DNA from: Trypanosoma brucei
Taxonomy: Eukaryota
NCBI GenBank assembly: GCA_000002445.1
Contig: CP000070.1
Coordinates: 384,001 to 448,000, forward strand
Direction of reading: 5' to 3'
DNA: 64,000 bases
The notes beneath the pieces were generated by a model. That model saw only the letters and a program-made list of their open reading frames with translations, did not search any database and had not been told where the DNA came from. This document shows positions 1-11,944 of this stretch, piece by piece. Each line of letters starts with the position of its first letter. Position 1 is the stretch's first letter. The translations under genes and the position numbers were made by a program.

Positions 1-704
1 TGGCGGTTAGTGAAATACCGGGACTGTATATTGTATCTGATTTCATTACACACTCGGAACACAATGCAATTTGGAATGAGTTGAATGGAGACGCCGCTTC
101 TCATTTTGAAGTGGAGCACCTTGCACGTCGTGATGTGGCGCACTTTAATAGGCGGTTCTATTATGGCATTAACCGTGTGGGCGCGGAGGGTGTGCAAGTA
201 AATTCTAGGCCAGCATTTTATGACTGGATGGCGCAGCGACTATGCAACACAGACTCGGAAGTGAAGATTCATAATTACCCAATGAAGCAGCATCCAGAGT
301 ATTTTGATCAGTTGACCGTAAATTACTACAACTACGATGATCCGAAATCTAAGTTGGTTCCGGGGATCGCTCGTCACGTGGACAGCCACGATGCCTTCGG
401 AGATTACATAGCAATTGTTTCTCTAGGCTCACACACGGTGATTGAGTTTAGCCGCTACAACAGGCCTCCAGATGTCTTTGCTCCACTTGGGGTACTGGTG
501 AAACCATGCAGTCTGCTGTTGCTAACTGGCGAGGCACGGTACTGCTGGACGCATTGCATCGTAGAAAAAAGGGAAGATGTGTTAAATGACCAGTTGCCTC
601 CGCTGCAGCGCGGTAACAGGTTAAGCCTAACGTGGCGCTGCGGACGCGACACTCCTCACGCGCGTGAGTCTTGTCTGTGTCCCAGCTTATGTGATGGTAC
701 TTAA
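1..704 (+). CDS. AlkB-like Fe(II)/2-oxoglutarate-dependent dioxygenase, 5' end outside window
   Basis: The frame is open from nt 1 (..AVSEIPGLYIVSDFITHSEHNAIWNELNGD..), so the gene starts upstream. An HxD...H triad is present (HVDSHD ... later WTHCI). The N-terminal GLY(Y)IPDFIT..EE pattern is typical of AlkB homologues. The ORF-track start at 81 is a TTG. Confidence 0.55.
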   Translation, partial: AVSEIPGLYIVSDFITHSEHNAIWNELNGDAASHFEVEHLARRDVAHFNRRFYYGINRVGAEGVQVNSRPAFYDWMAQRLCNTDSEVKIHNYPMKQHPEYFDQLTVNYYNYDDPKSKLVPGIARHVDSHDAFGDYIAIVSLGSHTVIEFSRYNRPPDVFAPLGVLVKPCSLLLLTGEARYCWTHCIVEKREDVLNDQLPPLQRGNRLSLTWRCGRDTPHARESCLCPSLCDGT

Positions 705-861
705 GCTAACAATACGTGACACGACGAGATGGCTGAGGGATGCGCTTGTGTTTCTTCATACTTTTCAGTGCTCTTTATCACTGACATTCCTCTCTGCGTT
801 TGTTGGTCGTGTTGCACATGGGGCCGTTGTCTGATAGCGGTGGGTATGTACTGTGGGGGTG

Positions 862-924
862 TCCTTTTTTTTTTGACACTTCGTTTTTTTTTTAAATCCT
901 TTGAACGTTTTTTTTTTCTTCTAG
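862..924 (+). promoter_or_regulatory. polypyrimidine (U-rich) tract plus AG: candidate trans-splice acceptor region for the SNase-like gene
   Basis: cctttttttttttgacacttcgtttttttttttaaatcctttgaacgtttttttttttcttctag about 180 nt upstream of ATG 1104. Confidence 0.4.
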
Positions 925-1103
925 CACTGGCGATTGGTGATAGCGATCGACGCGTAGATTCGTGTAAGCAGTACTCCTGTTGGTTGTGTTGGCACCCTTA
1001 TGCTCTTCACTCACGCGCACTAGTTCATATGTTCTCAGTCTGACAGGCGCTTGTGCGCACAGAACATATATATAAACAAGGGACAAGGTACCGCCTACAT
1101 GTA

Positions 1104-1898
1104 ATGCACGAGAAAGGATATGCCGATGTGGATGTGTCTCCATCAGACAAGGGGGAATCTGCGGACTGTAAAGTCGCTGTGGTCTCCTTGGCAGAAAAAA
1201 TAGCTTCCAAAGCATGGTTGTTTGCTGGATGCTTTGTTGTACTCGCGATGGCGACTTCTTTTCTCTGGGAGATTAGCGACAGTGACCAAACCATTGGATA
1301 TCACCTTTTTGTGTCCCCAAAGTTTGTGACTGATGGAACCACATTCTACGGCACAACAGCGGAGGGGAAACTCGTTCGCGTACGCCTGCGTTCGGTGGAG
1401 GTGCCAACTTTGAGACAGCCGTATGGTCGAGAGGCCAGAGATCATTTGAAGAGTATACTTTTGCTCTCAGTGGGTCAGTCTACCGGAGTATCATGTTTTG
1501 TTGCTTCAGTAGATGACGTGGGAGGCGTTATTGCAGAAGTGTTTTTTAACAATGTACGAGCTTTTGCATCATGTGGCAGGGAGATAGACTCTTGTGCTGC
1601 GTCATCGTTGCCATCTTATTTCACCCCCTTGTCCGGTGGGTTTACTGCTGATTCCATTGTCAACGTAGGTGACGAAATGGTTCGCAGCGGCTGGGCTTGG
1701 GTAATAGATAACGGCTGGACTCGAAATACAAAACTACAAGCTGCTATGGATGAGGCAAAGGTAGCGAAGCGGGGTTTGTGGGGAGGAAACGTCAGTAAAT
1801 TTCCGTACCGCCGTTCACCGCATTCACGGAAGATCGGAAAGAAACTTACGGAGCAGAGGCAGCCCATTAGTCGTCGCAGGTTGTTTGCTAGCAGATAG
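1104..1898 (+). CDS. staphylococcal-nuclease (SNase/thermonuclease)-like domain protein with an N-terminal hydrophobic segment
   Basis: VRVRLRSVEVPTLRQPYGREARDHLKS and the C-terminal EMVRSGWAWV...EAKVAKRGLW match the SNase fold signature. The tracked ORF starts at a GTG; the first in-frame ATG is 1104. A polyU tract with AG lies at about 862-924 upstream. Confidence 0.5.
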   Translation: MHEKGYADVDVSPSDKGESADCKVAVVSLAEKIASKAWLFAGCFVVLAMATSFLWEISDSDQTIGYHLFVSPKFVTDGTTFYGTTAEGKLVRVRLRSVEVPTLRQPYGREARDHLKSILLLSVGQSTGVSCFVASVDDVGGVIAEVFFNNVRAFASCGREIDSCAASSLPSYFTPLSGGFTADSIVNVGDEMVRSGWAWVIDNGWTRNTKLQAAMDEAKVAKRGLWGGNVSKFPYRRSPHSRKIGKKLTEQRQPISRRRLFASR

Positions 1899-2283
1899 TG
1901 AATGGGAGTAACTTTTGTTGTTGTTGTGGTTGGGCAATTCGGACTGCAACAGTTTCTTGGTTCCCGCTTGTGGCACCGAAGTGTTTCATTTGCATATTGC
2001 TGTTGGGCAACAGTAACTCACGTTGCGTAATCAGATTTTTTTTTGTGGAGTCATTGTTGGGCCGGCCCTTTTTCTTCTGTCTTACGTCTCCTTTTTGGCT
2101 ACGCTATGCCATACTAAGTTCCCGTTCTGGTGTGGTTCATCACCTTTTTAGTCGGGATGTTCTCGTGCACTGAAGGGCGCTGCTAGTGCTCACCATTCAT
2201 TACCCTCCCCTTTCCTTTTTCATATAGCGCGAGAAGTATCTTTCTCCTTCCGTTTTGGATTTTTGGTTCCCCCTCCCTTTTGA

Positions 2284-3855
<1,572 letters not shown>

Positions 3856-4531
3856 AATGACAAGGAAACGAATGTGAATAGGGAGCATGGGCGGAGGGCA
3901 AAAAGCGCAAACAATAAGGTTAATGTTCAGGGACGAAGCGGCTCATATGGGTGGGGAGAACGTATCCTCTCCTCTTCCCCTCATCATGCTATTGCTTTAC
4001 TGTTTCACATAGTTGTCGCTCGACTCGGTCCCATCTGTATTTTCGTTGTTGCACTCGAGGCTTGGGATGGGAGGTTTCGATACTTTTAGGGGAAGCTGAT
4101 TACCTGAAGTCTGATGGTTTCATAATTTGCCTTGTGGTTGTGCAACGGCGCTGTTTCTCACATCATCACATGGGTAAATGTTTGGTTTCTCCTCGTGGAG
4201 AGTAAGTTTTTTTTTTTTGCTTTACATCTATGCGGCTACTCGTCCAATACCGAGCCCTGCATTCCAAATTCTAGTTTTTGCTGTTATCTGTTGTTCCATT
4301 CTTTTGTTACATCTCATGAAAGAACATATAGAGTGGATATCTGGTGGACAACTAGGTAGGGAAAGGAAAAGATAAAAACCCATTAATTTATTTTTTTGTG
4401 AGGCAGTGGGTGGTTGACAACCCAGGGGATTTGTCCTGCTTCATAGTGCGCCTGTTTGGAAGTTGCGTTTGAGGTTGCCGTGCTCGCTAATACTTTTAGT
4501 CGCACGAGTTCCGTGACAGACGCGTGGAGCT

Positions 4532-6553
4532 ATGACTCTGGGCGCTGCTATCATGTCGGATGAGTCTCGTGAGCGCCTTGCACGAGAGCACATGGAAAAG
4601 GCAAGAGCGATGAAAACAGACACTCAGGAGCAAATAGAGGAAGTTATGAAACATCTATCATTGGCTATTGAGGTGAAGCCACTCTCAGTTGCTGTGCTTC
4701 TCCAGCGCGCACACCTTGCCACCCGAATAGGTCGTTATCACGTCGCCATAGCCGATCTAACGTTTACTATTCAGCTGGAGGAACACGGTATAGATCGTCG
4801 GCGTTTAGCAGCGGCATACGGGAGTCGTGCGGCTGTATATCGCAAACTTAATAAACATAAAGAGAGTATCGTAGACTACGTGCGAGCGGCAGATGTAGAG
4901 CCAGATAATGGTACGTGGCTATATGAGTTAGGACTTGTGTATGCAGCTCAGGGCATGAAGGCGCTCGCCCATCACTTTGTTGCGGCTTCCTTATCCGAGA
5001 AGGTAACAGGAAGGATGTCTGAGATCACTCGCTTCCGTGCACTTACTTCCCTTGGCACCTGCAAATTAGCATCCGGAGATATCACTGGTGCGGTAGCCGT
5101 GCTGACAAAAGGACTCGAGTTCCAAGAAACGGCTGCTCTACACAATCTTCTTGGTATAGCGCACTTCTTACGCGGGGAATACGAACCTGCTCGCTCGCGG
5201 TTTGAAAGAGCTGTGGAGATGGATCATTTATCTAGCGAGTACCACACCAACTGTGCTCTTTGCCTCTTTCAACTTGGCATACACTCGGAGGCATTCAAGC
5301 AGATGGAATACGCTGTGATAAAAAGCGTTGAGAACGCGCGTTACCACTTCTACCGTGGAAACATAGCGTTGCTACTTGGTCTCCACGCACCTGCAATGAC
5401 TGATGTAGTGAAGGCAATAGAACTGGACCCCCAGTGCGCGTCACATTACTACTCAAAAGCATTGATACTGGTCGCTACGCAGGATTACGAGGAGGCAATG
5501 GCGATTCTTAACAAAGCTATTGAGTTAAATCCTACTTTTCGTGCTGCCTGGGTGCATTCTGGGTTACTGCACTTTTTGCGGAAAAATTTGTTTGAAGCTC
5601 TCCAGTGTTTTTCTCGGGCGCTGGAGCTGGAAGAAGAGGATGCCACTGTGCACGAATGCGTTGGTTTGGTCTACTTTGACATTAAGTACTATGACCTTTC
5701 GGCTGCATCGTTCACGCGATGCATTGATCTTATTCCAGACGATCCCGTGCTGTACTTTAGACGCGGAACGGCTCTGCTACTTTGCGGTGATCTCCAAGGA
5801 GCATATGATGACCTGCAGAAGACAGTGTGCAAATACAAGTTCCGCAACCCGGAGGTGTTAAATAGCCTTTCCGTTGTGGTGAGCAAGTTGGGGAGGCATC
5901 TGGAAGCGCTAGAATTAGCTAAAGAGGCGGTCGCACTCAACAGCAAGAACCATCGGTATCTTCTCCAACAGGCCGAGTGTCATTTTGCTGTGAGGGACTA
6001 CGACGCCGTTCTGGAGGACTTGGCCAATATTGTGAGTCTTGGGTACGCGACTGCAGAGTTGTATTACCTACGCGGTCGATCAAAGTATGCCTTACGGGAC
6101 TTCTGTGGCGCTGCCGATGATTTACTTCAGGCGGCTACTTGCCAACCGCTATTGAATGAGTGCTCAAATTATTGCTACGCGCTGGGAGTCGCATACCTAT
6201 GTTCAGGGAAGAATATAAATGATGCGGAAAAGGCCCTTACGCGAGCTATTACCTCTCACAGTGACCCGCCGTCATTCTTTTACGATGAACGGGCGAAGGC
6301 ACGACAAAAGTTGGGGGACACAAAAGGTATGCTGGAAGACCTCAACTTCATGCTTCAGCGAGACCAAAGTGATCCTACTGTTCTTCTTAGGCGCTCACTC
6401 GGGTACAAGGCATTGGGTCTATATGACAAAGCGGCACGAGACTTTGAAAAGGCGAAAACCTTAAATGGTGCGAGGGAAGTGTTAGATTGTGTCCCATATG
6501 AGAAATTCTTTGAAATTGAAGAAGTGCTATGGGGTAATGAGCAGGTGGAGTGA
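4532..6553 (+). CDS. tetratricopeptide (TPR) repeat protein
   Basis: 673 aa with many 34-residue repeats carrying the A..Y..G....A...F..A..L(D/E)P pattern (for example YHFYRGNIALLLGLHAPAMTDVVKAIELDP). ATG start. Confidence 0.6.
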   Translation: MTLGAAIMSDESRERLAREHMEKARAMKTDTQEQIEEVMKHLSLAIEVKPLSVAVLLQRAHLATRIGRYHVAIADLTFTIQLEEHGIDRRRLAAAYGSRAAVYRKLNKHKESIVDYVRAADVEPDNGTWLYELGLVYAAQGMKALAHHFVAASLSEKVTGRMSEITRFRALTSLGTCKLASGDITGAVAVLTKGLEFQETAALHNLLGIAHFLRGEYEPARSRFERAVEMDHLSSEYHTNCALCLFQLGIHSEAFKQMEYAVIKSVENARYHFYRGNIALLLGLHAPAMTDVVKAIELDPQCASHYYSKALILVATQDYEEAMAILNKAIELNPTFRAAWVHSGLLHFLRKNLFEALQCFSRALELEEEDATVHECVGLVYFDIKYYDLSAASFTRCIDLIPDDPVLYFRRGTALLLCGDLQGAYDDLQKTVCKYKFRNPEVLNSLSVVVSKLGRHLEALELAKEAVALNSKNHRYLLQQAECHFAVRDYDAVLEDLANIVSLGYATAELYYLRGRSKYALRDFCGAADDLLQAATCQPLLNECSNYCYALGVAYLCSGKNINDAEKALTRAITSHSDPPSFFYDERAKARQKLGDTKGMLEDLNFMLQRDQSDPTVLLRRSLGYKALGLYDKAARDFEKAKTLNGAREVLDCVPYEKFFEIEEVLWGNEQVE

Positions 6554-7102
6554 GAATACTCACCAATCTGTTATTAGTTATTTTCCCTTATCTGGGGAAG
6601 CGTTACACCTCTGCATACTATTCACTATACTGTATTTATATAACGAAGGAAACATATACAATGTAGCTACTGTTCCCCCATGGGATTCTGTTTCACTTGG
6701 TGTATTATTTTTTATATTCACTGTGAACATGGGAAAGTTGTTACCCCTGCCTTTCGAGAGCTCCACCCTTCCTTTTTTTTTTTGCACGGTGTGCGCATTT
6801 GTATTCCTATTGTTGTTTTTATTTTCTTTTTTGCACTTTGTGTTTTCTGATTTATATTTATTCTTCCCTGTATTTTACCTTTGTTTTCTTGGGAAACTTG
6901 ACGGAACTCGTCGCATGTTTTCTTTCTTCCTTAACGGCACCCACGCTTGCTCTACAGGGAGAGGAATCGGAGGAGGAGCCGAAGGGCCAAATAACAGTGA
7001 AGGGGGCTCTCCTCTCACTCATATATTTTTACGCTACAAGTCGACGTAGGTAGCTCCAAACGTCTGGAAGGAAGAAGGTAGAGGGACTAAGGTCCCACTC
7101 AT

Positions 7103-7131
7103 CACACACACACGCACACACACACACACAC

Positions 7132-7163
<32 letters not shown>
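7103..7163. repeat. compound (CA)n-(TA)n microsatellite
   Basis: cacacacacacgcacacacacacacacacacaaatatatatatatatatatatatatatat, directly upstream of the 1399-aa gene. Confidence 0.9.
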
Positions 7164-7252
7164 CGGGCACTATACATATATATTGCAGTTGAGCAAGGGT
7201 TAGAAATCATCACACAATATAGAACGAAAAGAGGAGTTGGTTGCGTATATGA

Positions 7253-10200
7253 ATGTTTCGTGTCTCCTTCCCATTGTTTTGCACAATGCCATCCGTGGAG
7301 ACAGCTTTCCGTCGAGCCCTCGGTGCACAGAGCATTGTACTCGACCTCGTTCCAGTGAAAAAGCCACTCATTGATGGATCCCTCAGTTGGTTCGTCGACA
7401 AGAACGTTGAAATCGTTCTTGTTTCTGGCGTGTGCGGAACATCCCCTGATCTGGTTGCCGAACGCGTGAAGTCGCAGGCGGTACAGCTTCTTCAGATTTG
7501 CGGAGAGGGCGATGCACAGAAAGGGTGCCACGCCATTAAGCACTGGGTGGAAAAGGCAGCAGGTACACGAAGTCTTCTCTGCAGCATGGACCTTCAGGTG
7601 CGGCTCCTCTTTTCTCGCCAGGTAGTCACTGATGGAGGGAAATTATCAGCAACTTCGTCCAGTGGCAATCAAGCGCTAGACAAAGTGGGGAACCGAATTC
7701 ACTGTTCCATTTACGAAACAGATGCTTGGGAGCCGTACTCCCGGGAGCGGCATCTTGGGGATGTGACCGCTGACGCGTTACTTGAAGAGGTACTGCACAA
7801 GGCGCTACAGATAGTGCAGCGAGATGCAGAAGTAAAGGAACAGCATCTTGTTAGCGAATCAGAACGGGAACTCAACTTGGTACTTTCGTGCGGAAAGGAA
7901 CCAGGAGTATGGAGTCCCGATGTCAACGCATATCACTTGGAGTTCAGCCACATGAAGTGCAAAGATAGGGAGCTTTGCACCGACTTGGGTGCTATCGCGG
8001 TCTCGTGGGGCGTGCATGACCGTTCAGAGAACGTCGAGATGTTTAACGTACCTCTCGTTAGGTTAAAGGACAGTAGTGGTTTAGTTTATGGTGACTGCCT
8101 TGACGACCCCCAACAAAGTCTAATTGATGAGGAAACTGTTTCGCTCCTCGAGGCGAAGGGAGCCATTGACACCATAACAGGGTTGGTGGATGCAACATGC
8201 GTGCGGAAGGTTGCCAACTCAGTTTGGTCAATACCCCTCCTTCACGCACAGCTCCTACAGGCGGGCCTTGAGTTTCTGTGTGGCTATTGGTCTCCTACTC
8301 GTGTGGAGGATTATATGAGGAGTTGTGGCCGGCTTGACATTGATGTGTGGCTGAGTGAAAGAGGTCGACCGGCTACCATTCCAATGCTTCCCCGCTGCGC
8401 GTCATTGCTTGGTCACATGTGCTATCTTCAAGAGTCCTTACCCCTCGAATATGTGCGGAGCCCAATGATGCTGCTTACTTCTGCGGGGAGAATGGATTTC
8501 AAGTTTTATATGGCGACTACGACAGGTGGCCATGTAGTGACTGCAACAAGTTGTTTTAGTTCCGCTGAAGCTGCGTGCTCGCTGTTGTTTCCGTGCCACT
8601 CAGCAATGGTCCAATCAGCCGGTGTCGGCGATTCTCACCGCTACACCGATATTGATCACCAGCGAAACGAACACGTGTGTACCCTTACTGAGGTGAACTC
8701 CAGTACAAATCGCAACAAGAAATCTGGGGGTAGCGGGGATAACGATCAGCGTCCTTCAGTAACTGTACGGGTTATCGATGTAGAAGCCTCTTTGAGGAAA
8801 TTGGGTGTGGTACGAGGCAGCTTCGCCAATGCGACCGTTCAGTACTTCGACGATACTGGCCAAGTTGTGCTGCAGTTCAACGAAATGGATTCGATTCGAG
8901 GTATTGCTAGGATGATAAAGCGTGTGCGGTGGAGCAAGGGGGCCACTTTCACCTCAGTTGATCTGCAAAATGGTCCACGCGCACCAGTCGTCATCGCCTC
9001 ACGTGCATTGGGCAGCACTTCGTTACCGAAACCGCCTCCCTATTCAAAAAAGTTTCGATTACCCATCCCCCTAGTTCCTGGCGGGTACTCCCAGCTGCGG
9101 TTCACGAGTGCTTTGGAGATGAATGTCATTGAGTGCAAAATACTCGAAATGTTCAAGAATTCAGCTGAGGATCCGTTAAAGTGGCATCTTCACTATTTCG
9201 CACCATGTTACTTTAACAAGTGGCGGATGACCCGCGGGATTGTTTCAACTCTCATGCACTATGACCCCCAATTCCACTATATGGTGGAACGCTGCCGCTC
9301 CTCCTCATTATCGGGTGGCAGCGGAACTGGTGGTGGTTCCAACGGACGTGACGACACGAGCGGTAACGATAACGGGGGAGCGTTGGTGTTGCGCCTCTAC
9401 TCCGGCGAGAGATTGATGGAGGAGGTAAAGTTGCAGGAGTCTACGCTGCTGTTCCAGGTACGAGAAAATCTGATACGTTACGCCAGCCGTTGGTCGATGG
9501 AGGTCCCTTCCCTTGAGGAGGCGGCCTTTCCGCTTAAGGAATTCAAGAAAGGTGGTGCGTGCACATTTAGGAATTTTGTATCGTGGTTCCTACAGAACAG
9601 CGAGGTTTTCACAACTCATGGGGAAAATGTTTCCCTGGAACTTGAGATCACCACTAATGTGAGGATCCAGCTTGCTTCCTGTCGTGACTGGAGTGGACCA
9701 AGCCCAACACGTGATGAGTTGTGCAGGTTGTTTCTCGAGAGTCAGTTTCCCTTATTGGTGCCAATCGTCGAAATTCAAAAACGACTTTATTATTTTTTTG
9801 ACAATTGTACTATTCCTGGCGAGCTCACAATCCGTTGCGTTGGCAGCGACGCATGTGTCGAGGGAGATAGGGTGATTAGGTGCAATTACCGCTGGGAATT
9901 ATTACAGGTAGACTCAGGGACGGGTGTCGAATGCCTGTTAGCGTCGTTGGAGGCTACAGAGGGTGATTCGAGGCGAGCGGCACTTGAGAAACTCTTAACG
10001 AAAGTGTGGACAAGTTGCTGTGCAGCACCTAGACCTACGACGCAGGCGAAGCGGGGCTCAAAGTTGGAAGGTTCGGGCCACCCATCTCACCATTGTCCAA
10101 AAAGCACTATCGCATGGTATCAACATCTACTTGCTCAACAACGGGGCTTACATAAAGTTGTGCATGAGTATGATGCAAAGAACAATGTATTAACTGTTAA

Positions 10201-11452
10201 GGGCATCAGCGCAGACACAAACAAGGGGGTTAATGTGTCCGGTACAGTTATCCGGGTTGTACCACTAAGGAGTGAGTATCCACTTATCTTTCTTCTGCAT
10301 CGGTACTACCGGATGGAACTGGGTCTCCCTGACCCCCCGCAGCCGAGGGGAGAGGATGAATTACGTGTAGTGAGCCTTTTAACGCTTTATCAAGATTGTA
10401 ACCAGCATTTCCCAGCATCCTTCCCGCCAATCAGTGAGGCCATCACAACCATTAGCGGGAAGAATCACTGGCGGGTGATTCTACGGCTGCCTTCAAACCT
10501 TTTTGCACTTGAAACACCTAGTCACCTGGAGTACGTCTACCTCGGAAAAGGTAAACACGAAGGAAAGAGGGCAGTGGTATGCGATTTCTACAGATCCCTA
10601 CATGGCAAAGCACCCGCGTCGTTGCAGGAATATCTATCGAAGGTAACTAGTTTGAGTCCTCCGACAGTTGGTGAGGAAAAGTGCTCTAGTTGTGTTCTCG
10701 ATGGTATAAAACCTGTGGTTGTGGCAAAACCTCGTCGTGGCGGTCACAATAGCATGTATGACGAGTTGCGGCGGCTGATTGGGGAGGCCCTTCTTCAACA
10801 TGTAGGCTACGAGGGTCTGGTGGAGTGCCGACTTAGCTACATTACCGGCATCTCTGCCAGCTATGTTGGCCAGTCTTCGTCTAATGATGATTGTGTTGAC
10901 CTCTTTCGCGTAGTAATTAACACCGAGGAGTGGCTGCCATTTCAGCTACTGAGGGCTCTCGCGTCGTGCGCACGTCGTCTTTTATCCATAGTTGATCTTG
11001 AGGCTTCTCTATTTCGCCTCCGCTCCAGGTGGCCGTCGTTATTTTTGGAAGCTTCGTCTAATGAACGACTATTCTGCACGACTTTCCTGAGGCGTTATTG
11101 GGGCCTCCGCGTCTACGAAGGAGACGACGTGGACGAGTTTACAAAGGTTCCAGGTTCCATCTATCTTGTTGAACGCGTACGTCCTGTTAGCAGTGGTCGC
11201 GATTCCGGCCATTACGAGGCCTCATTACTGCTTTTGCAAGCACCGTTTCCTCCCAGCACCACAGCATTTACGAAAGTTTTGGCGTTGCATCGTAACGTCT
11301 CTGCGGCGCGCGCACGGTTCGGTTTGTGGGCACAAGTATCACGGAAACTTGTACGCCCACAGGAATCGGACGCACCTCTGGAAGCATTTGACCGAGCGGT
11401 TATCTCCACTTCCGGTGCCACTTCCTCTGGCACGGAGGTAAGGGGAGAATAA
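7253..11452 (+). CDS. large hypothetical protein (1399 aa), no recognisable domain
   Basis: Uninterrupted 4.2-kb + strand ORF with an ATG start and coding-like composition, flanked by a microsatellite/polyY intergenic region. An alternative start at Met12 (7286) is possible. Confidence 0.5.
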   Translation: MFRVSFPLFCTMPSVETAFRRALGAQSIVLDLVPVKKPLIDGSLSWFVDKNVEIVLVSGVCGTSPDLVAERVKSQAVQLLQICGEGDAQKGCHAIKHWVEKAAGTRSLLCSMDLQVRLLFSRQVVTDGGKLSATSSSGNQALDKVGNRIHCSIYETDAWEPYSRERHLGDVTADALLEEVLHKALQIVQRDAEVKEQHLVSESERELNLVLSCGKEPGVWSPDVNAYHLEFSHMKCKDRELCTDLGAIAVSWGVHDRSENVEMFNVPLVRLKDSSGLVYGDCLDDPQQSLIDEETVSLLEAKGAIDTITGLVDATCVRKVANSVWSIPLLHAQLLQAGLEFLCGYWSPTRVEDYMRSCGRLDIDVWLSERGRPATIPMLPRCASLLGHMCYLQESLPLEYVRSPMMLLTSAGRMDFKFYMATTTGGHVVTATSCFSSAEAACSLLFPCHSAMVQSAGVGDSHRYTDIDHQRNEHVCTLTEVNSSTNRNKKSGGSGDNDQRPSVTVRVIDVEASLRKLGVVRGSFANATVQYFDDTGQVVLQFNEMDSIRGIARMIKRVRWSKGATFTSVDLQNGPRAPVVIASRALGSTSLPKPPPYSKKFRLPIPLVPGGYSQLRFTSALEMNVIECKILEMFKNSAEDPLKWHLHYFAPCYFNKWRMTRGIVSTLMHYDPQFHYMVERCRSSSLSGGSGTGGGSNGRDDTSGNDNGGALVLRLYSGERLMEEVKLQESTLLFQVRENLIRYASRWSMEVPSLEEAAFPLKEFKKGGACTFRNFVSWFLQNSEVFTTHGENVSLELEITTNVRIQLASCRDWSGPSPTRDELCRLFLESQFPLLVPIVEIQKRLYYFFDNCTIPGELTIRCVGSDACVEGDRVIRCNYRWELLQVDSGTGVECLLASLEATEGDSRRAALEKLLTKVWTSCCAAPRPTTQAKRGSKLEGSGHPSHHCPKSTIAWYQHLLAQQRGLHKVVHEYDAKNNVLTVKGISADTNKGVNVSGTVIRVVPLRSEYPLIFLLHRYYRMELGLPDPPQPRGEDELRVVSLLTLYQDCNQHFPASFPPISEAITTISGKNHWRVILRLPSNLFALETPSHLEYVYLGKGKHEGKRAVVCDFYRSLHGKAPASLQEYLSKVTSLSPPTVGEEKCSSCVLDGIKPVVVAKPRRGGHNSMYDELRRLIGEALLQHVGYEGLVECRLSYITGISASYVGQSSSNDDCVDLFRVVINTEEWLPFQLLRALASCARRLLSIVDLEASLFRLRSRWPSLFLEASSNERLFCTTFLRRYWGLRVYEGDDVDEFTKVPGSIYLVERVRPVSSGRDSGHYEASLLLLQAPFPPSTTAFTKVLALHRNVSAARARFGLWAQVSRKLVRPQESDAPLEAFDRAVISTSGATSSGTEVRGE

Positions 11453-11944
11453 AAGGCCTCCAACATCTTAAAAGTTACGACAGTGTGAGAAGGAATGTTT
11501 GATGGAAAAAGAGAACGGATGAAGTCTGAATCTACGTGTTCGCGCGGAACTGGAATGCAGCATTTTGCACTTCACATTGCCTGGCATCGTTGCCAATTTT
11601 TATTTGATTATTTTCCTGTTCCTGTTTCAGTGAATTATTCTGGATAGTTTCATTTCCCACAGTTAGAGTGTCTGATGCTGCAACATCCCGAATGTTTCCT
11701 CTGTTCTCTCTCCGAAGTTTACCACACAACCCAAAAGGACGAATATACCCTCCCATTACGCAGTCTTTGGCAGACGCGAATTCTGACGCATCTTATAGCC
11801 ACATCAGAAGGAATTAGGTGTTCGTGCGGAGGTGGGCGTCTCTCTAGTCAGCGATACCAGACGGGGACCAAAGGAGAAGAAGTAGAAAAGGAAGCAGAGC
11901 GAGCTCGTACTTCAGGGTTGGGCAAGTGAAGTGTGTACGAATAG

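Noticed and set aside
6489-7053. Two overlapping + ORFs (186 aa and 84 aa) after the TPR gene, and similar ones at 14700-15047, 18113-18394 and 58843-59274
   Set aside because: They are translations of T-rich 3'UTR or intergenic sequence (poly-Phe/Leu/Cys). The starts are non-ATG or arbitrary. There is no coding periodicity visible.
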